In this document: one piece after another, positions 1-9,957 of the stretch | Position numbering within the stretch: position 1 is the first letter of the stretch | Layout of the letters: every line of letters starts with the position of its first letter | From: Candidatus Bathyarchaeota archaeon | GTDB taxonomy: Archaea > Thermoproteota > Bathyarchaeia > Bathyarchaeales > Bathycorpusculaceae | Direction of reading: 5' to 3' | Assembly (NCBI GenBank): GCA_963775685.1 | Contig: CAVZJV010000014.1 | Coordinates: forward strand, 1,376,001 to 1,440,000 | Length of the DNA: 64,000 bases | The notes under the pieces: generated by a model | The model's input: only the letters and a program-made list of their open reading frames with translations | Told to the model about the DNA's origin: nothing | Databases searched by the model: none | Position numbers and translations under genes: made by a program

Positions 1-1516
1 CAGTGGAAGAGCAGGCGTATGCATGGCAACAAGCGGTCCAGGAGCCACCAACCTTGTCACAGGCATCGCCAACGCCTACATGGACTCTTCCCCGATCATC
101 GCCTTAACAGGCCAAGTGCCCTCAGAAGGCGCCAACACAAGCTATATGATTGGGCGAGATGCCTTTCAGGAAGCAGACATAATCGGCATCGTAACAGCGG
201 TCACCAAATACAGTTACCAACCAAGAACAGTCGCAGAAATCCCAGTTGCAGTCAACAGCGCATTCCACATAGCAACCACAGGGAGACCAGGACCAGTGCT
301 CATCGACTTACCCAAGAACATTCAAGCCGGAGTCGCAGACATCGAAATCACAGATAAAATCGATGCAGCAGGCTACAAATTAATAACCGAACCTGACCTT
401 GCTAAAATCAGCGAAGCCTCCGACTTATTATCCAGAGCTGAATGCCCAATAATATTGGCAGGGGGCGGAGTCATAACCGCAGAGGCATCAAACGAAATAG
501 TACAAATGTCAGACTTACTAATGGCGCCTGTCGCAACAACGTTTATGGGCAAAGGAGCCTTCCCAGAAACCCACCCCTTATCGCTGGGTAGCATAGGAAT
601 GCATGGTAACCCGGCCGCCAACAAAATGATAAGCGAAGCAGATGTGCTACTGGCTGTAGGCACAAGATTCTCCGACCGAGCAACCGCAAATCTCGACACG
701 TTCGCCCCGAACGCCAAGAAAATCCACATCGAAATTGACAATGCCGAAATCAACAAAAACATAGAAGTTGACGTGCCAATTGTCGCCGACGCAAAAGTCG
801 CGTTGAAAATTTTGATCGCAGCAACCTCAAAGAAGCTTCAAAAAGGAGAAGGAAAGAACTGGTCTAAGCGTGTCAAAGAAGTCAAAGAACAGCTCAGCCC
901 ACTGTTGAAGGATTTGCCAAGAGACGTGGTTCCCAAAGCTCTGCTAAGTGAACTAAGAAAACTGTTACCGGGGAACGCAATAGTCACAACTGAGGTGGGT
1001 CAGAACCAAATGTGGTCAGCCTTATACTTTCAAGCATTAAAGCCCCGGACGTTCATCAGCTCTGGCGGGCTTGGCACGATGGGATTCGGGTTCCCAGCGG
1101 CCATCGGCGCTAAAGTTGCATGCCCCAGTCGGCCAGTTGTGGACATCGCAGGCGACGGCAGCTTTATTATGAGCGAGCAGGAATTAGCGTGCTCAGTTAA
1201 CGAAGACATTCCTGTTACCGTCATCGTCCTAAACAATTCCGTCTTAGGGATGGTGGCGCAGTGGCAGCGTATGCTCTATAATCGCCGCTACATGGCAGTC
1301 AACTTGGGCAAAACACCAAACTTCGTTAAACTAGCAGAAGCATACGGAGCACAAGGCATAAGAGCAACCTCCATTGAGGAGTTCCAAAAGGCAGTTAAGA
1401 TAGCACTAACCAGTAAAGTAACCACGGTAATCGATGTGCCTATAGGCTCAGAAACTGATGTGGTTCCCTTTGTGCCTCCAGGCTGCGGTTTACCCCAACA
1501 GAGAGGTGACTACTAA
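1..1516 (+). CDS. ilvB: Acetolactate synthase large subunit (5'-truncated by the window edge)
   Basis: Frame is open from base 2 (SGRAGVCMATSGPGATN). TPP-enzyme motifs TSGPGATN, SGGLGTMGFG and GDGSF...NN are present. Confidence 0.97.
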   Translation, partial: SGRAGVCMATSGPGATNLVTGIANAYMDSSPIIALTGQVPSEGANTSYMIGRDAFQEADIIGIVTAVTKYSYQPRTVAEIPVAVNSAFHIATTGRPGPVLIDLPKNIQAGVADIEITDKIDAAGYKLITEPDLAKISEASDLLSRAECPIILAGGGVITAEASNEIVQMSDLLMAPVATTFMGKGAFPETHPLSLGSIGMHGNPAANKMISEADVLLAVGTRFSDRATANLDTFAPNAKKIHIEIDNAEINKNIEVDVPIVADAKVALKILIAATSKKLQKGEGKNWSKRVKEVKEQLSPLLKDLPRDVVPKALLSELRKLLPGNAIVTTEVGQNQMWSALYFQALKPRTFISSGGLGTMGFGFPAAIGAKVACPSRPVVDIAGDGSFIMSEQELACSVNEDIPVTVIVLNNSVLGMVAQWQRMLYNRRYMAVNLGKTPNFVKLAEAYGAQGIRATSIEEFQKAVKIALTSKVTTVIDVPIGSETDVVPFVPPGCGLPQQRGDY

Positions 1517-2028
1517 TGGAAGCCGGAAAAACAAAAGTCATAAGCGTCCTGGTAGAAAACAAGCCGGGAGTTCTGCATCTCATCGCCAACCTATTCCGCC
1601 GCAGAAACTTTAACATCGAAAGCATCACCGTCGGACCCACCCAACAACCAACCATAGCTCGCATGACCATCACGGTCAACGAAGACGAAAAAACAATTGA
1701 CCAAGTCATCAAACAAGTCGCCAAACAAATCGATGTCCTCAAAGTAAGCGAACTCGAACAAGGCGGCTTTGTCATGCGTGAACTCGCACTCATAAAAGTC
1801 AAAGTCAACGACTCCAAAGAACGCAGCGACATCATCAACTTCGTAGAGGTTTTCCGCGGCAGAATCATCGACGTCTCAACCGACAGCTTAACCGTTGAAA
1901 TCACAGGAACCCCCGATAAAATCGATGCCTTCCTCAACCTCATGAAAACCTTCGGAATCATCGAATTAGCCAGAACAGGCATAACAGCCCTAGCCAGAGG
2001 AGCAAAATCAATAAAAATCGACCAATAA
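1516..2028 (+). CDS. ilvN: Acetolactate synthase small (regulatory, ACT) subunit
   Basis: ISVLVENKPGVL...RRNFNIESI and IIELARTG motifs; start overlaps the ilvB stop. Confidence 0.96.
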   Translation: MEAGKTKVISVLVENKPGVLHLIANLFRRRNFNIESITVGPTQQPTIARMTITVNEDEKTIDQVIKQVAKQIDVLKVSELEQGGFVMRELALIKVKVNDSKERSDIINFVEVFRGRIIDVSTDSLTVEITGTPDKIDAFLNLMKTFGIIELARTGITALARGAKSIKIDQ

Positions 2029-2127
2029 ATCGCATCAACAAAGCGGAAACCCTTAATTCCTTGTTCTTTTAAAAATCCCAATTATCACAAGTATCTTTAG
2101 ACTAATTTCGAGGATAAGCGACCAACA

Positions 2128-3396
2128 ATGAATATTACAGAAAAAATCTTGGCTAAAGCTTCAGGAAAAAAAGTCGTGCATCCAGGCGAAATCATCGATG
2201 CAAGCGTCGATATGGTTATGGTGCATGACTTAACTGGACCTTTGGCTGTCGAAGCTTTCAAAAAAATAGGCGTCCCAAAAGTGTGGGACAACAAAAAAGT
2301 AGTCGTAATTCTGGACCACCAGGTTCCTGCAGAATCTGTCAAAGCAGCAGAACTACACAAAACCATGAGGCAATTTACCAAAGACCAAAACCTCACATTA
2401 TACGATGTTGGTAGAGGCGGAATTTGCCACCAAGTTATGCCTGAAAAAGGACACGTGACCCCCGGCTCAGTCATCGTAGGAGCAGACAGCCACACCTGCA
2501 CCTACGGAGCATTCGGGGCGTTTGCGACAGGCATCGGCTCAACTGAAGCAGCAGCCGTTTTTGCTACGGGAAAAATCTGGTTCAAAGTTCCTCCAACAAT
2601 TAAAGTAAACGTAAAAGGCAGCTTCCCAAAGTATGTCACAGCAAAAGACCTAATCCTACACATTATTGGCAAACTAAGCGTGGATGGCGCCATATACAAA
2701 GCCGCCGAATTCACAGGGGCAACCATCAAAGACATGACCGTTGCAGGTCGAATGACTGTATGCAATATGGCTGTTGAGATGGGCGCCAAAAACGGCATAA
2801 TCGCACCCGATGAAACCACACACAAGTTCTTGGAGAGCAGAATCAAAGCCATGCCAGATTTCAAACCGTTGCAAAGCGACAAAGATGCGGTTTACGAGAA
2901 GATTGAAGAATTTGACGTTTCAAAGATGACGCCCCAAGTAGCTTGCCCATCGTCAGTGGACAATGTGAAGGCCGTCTCAGAAGTCGGCAACGTACCAATC
3001 GAGCAGGCATTCATCGGTTCCTGCACCAACGGCAGATTAGAAGATTTACGCTTAGCCGCCCAAGTCCTAAAAGGCAAAACCGTCAAGGAAGGCGTAAGGG
3101 CACTGGTGATTCCTGCTTCACAAGAAGTCTACCGCCAAGCCATGCAAGAAGGCTTACTGGAAATCTTCACCGATGCAGGCGCAATCGTTTGCGGGTCAGC
3201 GTGCGGACCCTGCCTAGGCGGGCACATTGGCTTGCTGGCAGCGGGCGAAACATGCGTCAGCAGTAGCAATCGCAACTTCATCGGCAGAATGGGCAGTACC
3301 CAAGCCAACGTCTACCTGGCTTCACCTGCAACGGTGGCAGCTTCAGCGGTTACAGGCAAATTAACCGACCCCACAACTCTGGAGGCAAAACCATGA
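2128..3396 (+). CDS. leuC: 3-isopropylmalate dehydratase large subunit (LeuC/HacA aconitase family)
   Basis: GADSHT, GSCTNGR, CGPCLG and SNRNFIGRMG motifs; operon context. Confidence 0.93.
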   Translation: MNITEKILAKASGKKVVHPGEIIDASVDMVMVHDLTGPLAVEAFKKIGVPKVWDNKKVVVILDHQVPAESVKAAELHKTMRQFTKDQNLTLYDVGRGGICHQVMPEKGHVTPGSVIVGADSHTCTYGAFGAFATGIGSTEAAAVFATGKIWFKVPPTIKVNVKGSFPKYVTAKDLILHIIGKLSVDGAIYKAAEFTGATIKDMTVAGRMTVCNMAVEMGAKNGIIAPDETTHKFLESRIKAMPDFKPLQSDKDAVYEKIEEFDVSKMTPQVACPSSVDNVKAVSEVGNVPIEQAFIGSCTNGRLEDLRLAAQVLKGKTVKEGVRALVIPASQEVYRQAMQEGLLEIFTDAGAIVCGSACGPCLGGHIGLLAAGETCVSSSNRNFIGRMGSTQANVYLASPATVAASAVTGKLTDPTTLEAKP

Positions 3397-3893
3397 ACAG
3401 CAAAATAAAAGCACCAGTTATAGTGTTCGGCAACAACATTGACACCGATGTCATCTTACCAGGCAAATACCTAATTCTAGTTGACCCCACCGAGTTGGGC
3501 AAACACGCATTAGAAAACTTAGACACCGAATTTGTAGCGAAGGCTAAAGGTGGCGTCATCTTAGTGGGCGGCAAAAACTTTGGCTGCGGGTCAAGCCGAG
3601 AACAAGCACCTCTGGCGCTGAAGTACTCAGGCGTAAAATGTGTCATCGCTGAATCGTTCGCCAGAATCTTCTTCCGAAACGCCATAAACATCGGCTTACC
3701 TGTCCTAGAATGCAAAGGCATATCCGACGCCGTTAAAACAGGTGACACCTTAGGCGTAGATTTTGAAGCAGGCAAGATAGAAAACACTTCCAACGGCAAA
3801 AAGTTTCAAGTAGACAAGCTTCCACCATTCATCTTAGAAATACTATCAGATGGCGGATTAATCGAAAATCTACGAAGGAAAATGAAAAAATGA
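3393..3893 (+). CDS. leuD: 3-isopropylmalate dehydratase small subunit
   Basis: NIDTDVILP, NFGCGSSREQA and SFARIFFRNAINIG motifs. Confidence 0.93.
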   Translation: MNSKIKAPVIVFGNNIDTDVILPGKYLILVDPTELGKHALENLDTEFVAKAKGGVILVGGKNFGCGSSREQAPLALKYSGVKCVIAESFARIFFRNAINIGLPVLECKGISDAVKTGDTLGVDFEAGKIENTSNGKKFQVDKLPPFILEILSDGGLIENLRRKMKK

Positions 3894-4927
3894 CAGAATA
3901 CAAAATATCCCTAATTCCAGGCGACGGCATCGGACCAGAATTAACCGAAGCCACCCTAAAAGTCCTATACTCAGTTCAGAAAAAATTCGGCCTAAAACTA
4001 AAAATCATCGATGCTCCAGCAGGAGACATCGCACTTGAAACGCTTGGAGCCGCTCTCCCAGCAGACACTGTGGAAAAAATCAAAGATTCCCACGTCTGCC
4101 TGAAAGGTCCAGTTGGCGAATCTGCAGCAGCCGTCATAGTTAAACTCCGAATCATGTTTGACCTCTACGCTAACCTGCGCCCCCTCAAAGCCTACCCTAA
4201 CGTCAAAGTCGCCCATCCAGACATCGACATGTACTTTGTCCGCGAAAATACTGAGGACGTTTACAAGGGTTTAGAATTCACAATAGGCAACGACACCACA
4301 CTTTGCCTTCGAGTTATCACACGCAAGAATTGCGAACGTATTGCCAAAAAAGCATTCGAAATCGCACGTCTACGTAACGGCAAAAAGAAAGTCACCGCCA
4401 TCCACAAAGCCAACGTCATGCGCGTAACCGATGGCTTATTTGCCAGCGTCTGCCGCGAAACCGCAAAACAGTATCCAGACATCGCGTTTAACGAACTCTA
4501 CGTTGACGCAGCATCAATGCGATTAATCAAGGAACCAGAAATATTCGATGTGTTCTGCACTTGCAACATGTTCGGCGACATACTCAGCGATGAAGCCGCA
4601 CAGCAAATCGGCGGCTTAGGCATGGCCCCAGGCGCAAACATAGGCGACAACTTCGGTCTCTTTGAACCTATCCACGGCTCCGCACCAAACAGAGCAGGAA
4701 AACACACAGCCAATCCAATCTCCATGATACTCTCCGCTAAAATGATGCTAGAGTGGTTAGGAGAAAAATATGGCGACAAGAAATGCTTACAAGCAGGTGC
4801 AGCCATAGAGAAAGGAGTAATATACGCTTTAAGTAATGGTCAATCTGTTCCAGACTGCGGCGGCAAAACCACGACTGTTGGGATGGCGGAAGCTATTGCT
4901 GAGGCGTTAACCGTTAAAAGTGGCTGA
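3890..4927 (+). CDS. leuB: 3-isopropylmalate dehydrogenase (beta-decarboxylating dehydrogenase family)
   Basis: PGDGIGPE, RENTED, NMFGDILSD and FEPIHGSAP motifs. Confidence 0.9.
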   Translation: MTEYKISLIPGDGIGPELTEATLKVLYSVQKKFGLKLKIIDAPAGDIALETLGAALPADTVEKIKDSHVCLKGPVGESAAAVIVKLRIMFDLYANLRPLKAYPNVKVAHPDIDMYFVRENTEDVYKGLEFTIGNDTTLCLRVITRKNCERIAKKAFEIARLRNGKKKVTAIHKANVMRVTDGLFASVCRETAKQYPDIAFNELYVDAASMRLIKEPEIFDVFCTCNMFGDILSDEAAQQIGGLGMAPGANIGDNFGLFEPIHGSAPNRAGKHTANPISMILSAKMMLEWLGEKYGDKKCLQAGAAIEKGVIYALSNGQSVPDCGGKTTTVGMAEAIAEALTVKSG

Positions 4928-6461
4928 AAGCATGACCTCAAATAAAGCACTTACCCATATCCGCATTTTAGATACAACCTTAAGAGATGGGGAACAAACC
5001 CCCGGAGTTTCTTTAACAGCTGACGACAAAATTGAGATTGCAGGCCAACTAAGCAAACTAGGCGTTGATGTTATAGAAGCTGGGTTTCCAAGCTCATCTG
5101 AAGGCGAAAAAAAAGTCGTTAAAGACATCGCCAAACTGGGCTTGACCTCGGAAATTTGCGCATTAGCCCGAGCAACAAAGGGTGACATCGATGCAGCCCT
5201 TTCCTGCGACGTTGATTTAATCCATGTTTTCATACCAACCTCACCAGTTCAGATGCAATATGCCGTCAACTTGACCCCCGAACAAGTATTAGCTTCAGCA
5301 GTGGACTCAATTGAATATGTTAAAAAACAAGGCGTAAAATGCGAGTTTTCACCCATGGACGCCACCCGCAGCGAATTGCAGTTCTTAAAAAAAGTCTGCA
5401 AAGCCGCCCAAGACGCAGGCATGGACACCCTAAACGTTCCCGACACCGTCGGTATCATGATTCCCAAAACCACCGCCAAACTAATCGAAGATCTAAAAAC
5501 CGTCGTCACAGTCCCCATAAGCATACACTGCCACGACGACTTCGGTTTGGCAGTTGCAAACTCGCTTGCTGCAGTTGAGGCAGGTGCCGCCCAAGTTCAC
5601 GTTGCTGTTAACGGCTTAGGCGAACGCGCAGGCAACGCTTCACTTGAAGAAGTTGTGATGGCGCTGGAAATTATTTACAAGTATAAAACAGGCGTCAACA
5701 CCCGATTGCTTTACAGCACTTCACGAATGGTTGCTTCCTTAACAGGCATTACTGTTCAGGCTAACAAGGCAATTGTCGGCGAAAACGCGTTTGCCCACGA
5801 ATCGGGCATTCATACACGCGGTGTAACTGAGAAACCATTAACCTTCGAACCCATAAACCCAGAATTGGTCGGTCGTACAAGGAAACTTGTGGCAGGTAAA
5901 CTGGCAGGAACGCGAGGTATCAAAGCTGAACTCGAAGAAATAGGCATCCACCCCACTGAAGAGCAAATCAAAGAAATCGTTCAGCGCGTCAAAGATTTAG
6001 GCGACAAAGGCAAAATGGTGACAGACGCTGATTTGATAGCATTAACATCAGCTGTTATGGGCGAAGTTATAGGGGAAGAAAAAATCGTTGACCTCTGCGA
6101 CATGGCAGTAGTTACAGGCATCAAAGTCATTCCCACCGCTTCCGTTCGCTTAGTTTTAAATGGAAAAGAATACGTTGCTGCTGAAACAGGCGTGGGACCA
6201 GTAGATGCTGTTCTAAAAGCAATCCAAAAATTAACCAGCAGTATAGAAAACATCAGACTAAGCGAATACCGCCTTGAGGCCATAACAGGAGGTTCAAACG
6301 CCGTTGCTGAAGTTGTTATAAAAGTAGAAGATGAAAAAGGCAACATTGTCTCAGCACGAGCAGCCAGAGAAGACATCGTAATGGCAAGCGTCGAAGCAAT
6401 GATAAACGGTATAAACAAACTCTTGCTTAAAAACCACAATAAGCAGGGAAACAAGAAGTGA
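4920..6461 (+). CDS. leuA: 2-isopropylmalate synthase (citramalate synthase paralogue not excluded)
   Basis: DTTLRDGEQ, HCHDDFG, GLGERAGN and HESGIH motifs; C-terminal regulatory domain with GVGPVDA. Confidence 0.88.
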   Translation: MAESMTSNKALTHIRILDTTLRDGEQTPGVSLTADDKIEIAGQLSKLGVDVIEAGFPSSSEGEKKVVKDIAKLGLTSEICALARATKGDIDAALSCDVDLIHVFIPTSPVQMQYAVNLTPEQVLASAVDSIEYVKKQGVKCEFSPMDATRSELQFLKKVCKAAQDAGMDTLNVPDTVGIMIPKTTAKLIEDLKTVVTVPISIHCHDDFGLAVANSLAAVEAGAAQVHVAVNGLGERAGNASLEEVVMALEIIYKYKTGVNTRLLYSTSRMVASLTGITVQANKAIVGENAFAHESGIHTRGVTEKPLTFEPINPELVGRTRKLVAGKLAGTRGIKAELEEIGIHPTEEQIKEIVQRVKDLGDKGKMVTDADLIALTSAVMGEVIGEEKIVDLCDMAVVTGIKVIPTASVRLVLNGKEYVAAETGVGPVDAVLKAIQKLTSSIENIRLSEYRLEAITGGSNAVAEVVIKVEDEKGNIVSARAAREDIVMASVEAMINGINKLLLKNHNKQGNKK

Positions 6462-7273
6462 CAACCGTAGCCTTCCAAGGCGAACCGGGCGCATATAGCG
6501 AATCGGCAGTATACCAGTTCTTTGGCTCAAAAGTTCAAGTTAAACCATGCATGGACTTCCGAGACGTTTTCGAGAGTGTAAAGAAGCATGAAGTTCAAGC
6601 TGGTATGGTACCAGTCGAGAATTCCCTTGAAGGCAGCGTCAATCAAAACTACGACTTATTCTTCAATTATGACCTTAAAGTTTTCGGCGAAGTAATAGTA
6701 AAAATAGCACATTGCCTAATCGTCAACCCTGGAACAAACATAGACCAAATCAGATTAGTGTACTCCCATCCGCAAGCTTTAGCGCAATGCCGAAGTTACT
6801 TGGAAAAATCAAAGTGGGAAATTATCCCAACCTACGACACTGCTGGAAGTGTAAAAATAATCAAGGAACAAAAGCTCATAAACGCCGCAGCCATAGCTAG
6901 CGAGAGAGCAGCCGAAATCTACAGCATGGAAATCCTTGCCAAAGACATTGCAGATAACAAAGAAAACTTCACCCGTTTCTTTGTCTTATCCAAAGAAGAT
7001 TCGGCTCCAACTGGAAAGGATAAAACCTCAGTTATCTTCTCAGCAAAACATGAGCCTGGCTCGCTCTACCATGCACTGGGAGAATTCGCAAAAAGAAAAA
7101 TCAATCTAACCAGAATCGAATCAAGACCAACCAAGAAAACTGCATGGGAATACAACTTTTACCTTGATTTTGAAGGACATAGAACTGAGCCTAAATGCGA
7201 TGAAGCCCTAAAAGCTCTTGAGAAATATGCGATTTTCGTCAAAATCTTGGGCTCATATCCTAAAGCTGTTTAG
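6458..7273 (+). CDS. pheA: Prephenate dehydratase with ACT domain
   Basis: AFQGEPGAYS, PVENSLEG, SHPQALAQC, NFTRF, IESRP and LGSYP motifs; GTG start overlaps the leuA stop. Confidence 0.96.
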   Translation: MTTVAFQGEPGAYSESAVYQFFGSKVQVKPCMDFRDVFESVKKHEVQAGMVPVENSLEGSVNQNYDLFFNYDLKVFGEVIVKIAHCLIVNPGTNIDQIRLVYSHPQALAQCRSYLEKSKWEIIPTYDTAGSVKIIKEQKLINAAAIASERAAEIYSMEILAKDIADNKENFTRFFVLSKEDSAPTGKDKTSVIFSAKHEPGSLYHALGEFAKRKINLTRIESRPTKKTAWEYNFYLDFEGHRTEPKCDEALKALEKYAIFVKILGSYPKAV

Positions 7274-7645
7274 TTATTTCCTTTTCCCTCTTTTAGACGG
7301 TATAGTTGAAACTTAATTTATTGATTTATCCAAGTACTAAATATTCCGCAAAAAGTCTATCGTCAGAGTAGATTGTTTTGGAAGAACAACGTAGCCTTTC
7401 ATCGCTTTTCCCGGCATATGCTCAAAAACACTAACTATAGGGCAATTTTTCATTATCTCTGTCATTTCAACATCAGATAGCCGTAGAAACAGTTTGTTGC
7501 CGTGAACCTCCACAAACATGTTGCCGTTAACAAAAAACGTAGAGTACCCTAACATCTTCTTGCAATCGCAGCTTTTATCCTTCATTTTTTCTATTATGAA
7601 GTCTACGAGTTCTTGTGGGGCTTTTTTGAATTCCTTAAAAATCAA
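7274..7645 (-). pseudogene. TfoX/Sxy N-terminal domain protein, frameshifted near the C-terminus
   Basis: KKMLGYSTFFVNGNMF...LFLRLS...PGKAMKGYVVLP is recognisable. The expected tail (TIYSDDRLFAEY...LDKSI) continues in other frames with a stop. Confidence 0.6.
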
Positions 7646-7714
7646 CCAATAATAAAAAATGATTTTAATTACTTTTGTCTTTCTGTCAGGCTTTATCTTC
7701 AGGCGAAAGAGTGA

Positions 7715-8431
7715 TTAATTTGTGAGCGATTTAATTCTTTCAAGGATGTCAACTGGTTTTATCGGGGCTCCGCAATGTTTACAAACTATGACTTTTCCAT
7801 TTTCAGGGAAATCAACCATAGCATTGCATTTTGGGCAGTTACAAGCAGACATTGCTAATCCTTTCTTAGTCAAAATATACTTTAGCGCAGAAAAGTCCTC
7901 TAAAACCAGAACAGGTTCGGGTGCGCTATCGACTTCTCCGCTGACGCGTTTCTTTTCGTATTCTGACAGAGTTACGTAGCTTGAGCAGTCTTCTGCAAAA
8001 TTTAAACGGTTGTTAATATCAAACTTTTTTGAGCATACCCAACGTTCCTTAGATGAATTGTCCATTGCTGCGTTACCAGTGATGAGCCCCATGATATTTG
8101 TTCCACGGTTTTTTTCAGGTTCTACTGTAGTCTTTGATGAAAAACCGCATTTAGAACATAGTTTTTTGGCTGCACTGGGGTTGCATTTGTGGCTTCCTCT
8201 TTTTCCGCATTCTGGACAGACTGCACCAAAGTTGAATAACTCGTACGCACAAGATTGGCAGATTTTTTTTCCAGTGAATTGTGGGAAATCCTTGCGTGAG
8301 CCAAATTGGGAGGACCCGATAACTATCCATTTTATGTAGCCTTTTTTGAGGTGTGAATTCCAAAATACAATATGTTGCTCGTGCCAATCAAGCTCTGCGC
8401 CACATTTTGCACAATTACCCATTAAAGTCAC
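7715..8431 (-). CDS. Hypothetical multi-zinc-ribbon protein
   Basis: 238-aa ORF with CAKC, CQSC, CPEC, CSKC, CPKC and CKHC motifs. Confidence 0.7.
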   Translation of the reverse strand: MTLMGNCAKCGAELDWHEQHIVFWNSHLKKGYIKWIVIGSSQFGSRKDFPQFTGKKICQSCAYELFNFGAVCPECGKRGSHKCNPSAAKKLCSKCGFSSKTTVEPEKNRGTNIMGLITGNAAMDNSSKERWVCSKKFDINNRLNFAEDCSSYVTLSEYEKKRVSGEVDSAPEPVLVLEDFSALKYILTKKGLAMSACNCPKCNAMVDFPENGKVIVCKHCGAPIKPVDILERIKSLTN

Positions 8432-8517
8432 GTTTGTTTAAGCTCTGTTGTTGGCACTAAATAGATTTTGCGTTTCAACCAAAAAACAATTCGCCAAACA
8501 ACTCGATAAGCCGAAGG

Positions 8518-9076
8518 TTACCGCTTAATTATCTGTTTGAAGAAATTCTCGATAACCATGTGGCCTTCAGGGTGCGTTTTGTTTCCAATTGTTGTGCGTT
8601 CCGGGTGGAATTGGACGCCGTAGAATGGTTTTGGTTTTATGTCTAACAGCCTCCACTCCGCATGAAACAGAACAGCCAACAAAACAAAACCAGCGCGCTC
8701 AAGGCTGTCTTTTAATATATAATCATAGTGGTTTTCTGCTAATGGTATTGTTTGCCCCTCTTTGAAGCCAGCGAAGATTTCATCTTGTTGAATGACTTTA
8801 ACGTCTTCAAATCGGCTTGAGATTTTCTGGGACAGCGAGCTTACTTCGGCGCCAAATGCCTACAGAGGAGCTCTGGTGGCCGAAGCATATACCAAATATG
8901 GGCAAACTGCGACCCACTGATGATGATAACGTCAGGGTCTTTGCCAAATTTTATAACTTGCATCAACATCTCCAAAAATTGACTACTTTGTACTCGCTAA
9001 ATTTTTCCACTGCCGTAGGCAAATCCGCGCTTACCTCACCTTTGAGAGAACAGTTAACAAGCAGGTTTTTTTTCAT
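8518..9076 (-). pseudogene. Class I glutamine amidotransferase remnant (GuaA-A/TrpG-like)
   Basis: Read by hand, not in the ORF track: MKKNLLVNCSL..., DPDVIIISGS, LPIFGICFGHQ (nucleophile elbow), PFYGVQFHPE...HMVIENFF. Several frameshifts and an apparent internal deletion. Confidence 0.8.
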
Positions 9077-9084
9077 TTGATTCC

Positions 9085-9957
9085 TTATTTTTCTGTGGAT
9101 TCCAGCATTTTATACATGGTTTCATAGGATTCGGCAAAGTCGCAGTCGAATTCTTTAAGCTTCTTTTTTAGCCGCTCCATTCGGTTGACGATTGCTTTCG
9201 TGTCTTTGTTTTTAATTAAGGTGAGCAGTTCTTGGGCTTTAGCCATGAAGGTATCTTCGATTTTGTCCAATTCCTGCAGGTTCGTTTGTACGGCAGCGTA
9301 GAGATCGGGGGTTTCCATCGCCGTTGCTTCTGCCAGCGTGAAGAGCATTCGGTAGGTGGTGCCTGCTACTTTTTTGGTTTCGTGCAAGTTTTTCTGTTCC
9401 AGCAAGGTTTCGCATGCTACTAAGCCTAAAAAGTGTGGCAGTCCCAAAACTACTGACATTAATTCATCATGCTTCTTGGGAGTCATAATGAAAACGTGTG
9501 CTTCTTCCTTCTCGAGCAACTGCTTGAATTTTTCCGCAAACTCATGTTCTTTCGCATTCGTTGGAGTCAAGACATATGCCTTGTGTTTGACGCCGTTACT
9601 TCCCGGACCAAAAACAGGGTGCGTACCCAACACCGTTGCTTCTTTGATGTATTGGTGCATGGTGTTAACGGGTGTTTCCTTTATCGAGGCTATGTCAATG
9701 ACAACCTGTCCTTTATGCAATACTGGGCTGATTGTTTTAACGACCTCTTCGATGGCGTTTATGGATACACAAAGGTAAATTTGGTCGGCCTCTTGGACGG
9801 CTTCTTGAAAGTTCGTGGTTAAATCAACAAGTAAGTCTTTCAGATTTTCGAGTTTCTCTTTTTTTCTATCCGCTAAAATTACATCGTAATCTTTTGAGAG
9901 GAAAAATTTGGCGAACCAAACGCCCATTTTCCCCGCGCCGATTACGGCAACCCTCAT
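9085..9957 (-). CDS. tyrA: Prephenate/arogenate dehydrogenase
   Basis: GAGKMG Rossmann motif, DIASIK, HPVFGP and HDELMSVVLGLPH. Confidence 0.94.
   Translation of the reverse strand: MRVAVIGAGKMGVWFAKFFLSKDYDVILADRKKEKLENLKDLLVDLTTNFQEAVQEADQIYLCVSINAIEEVVKTISPVLHKGQVVIDIASIKETPVNTMHQYIKEATVLGTHPVFGPGSNGVKHKAYVLTPTNAKEHEFAEKFKQLLEKEEAHVFIMTPKKHDELMSVVLGLPHFLGLVACETLLEQKNLHETKKVAGTTYRMLFTLAEATAMETPDLYAAVQTNLQELDKIEDTFMAKAQELLTLIKNKDTKAIVNRMERLKKKLKEFDCDFAESYETMYKMLESTEK

Noticed and set aside
2029-2127. Leader peptide or attenuator before leuC, and likewise before thrC, the homocysteine operon and lysW
   Set aside because: No short ORF enriched in the cognate amino acid was found in these intergenic regions. 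The ilvB upstream region lies outside the window.
8817-9080. 87-aa plus-strand ORF
   Set aside because: It is antisense to the glutamine amidotransferase pseudogene and has no motifs.
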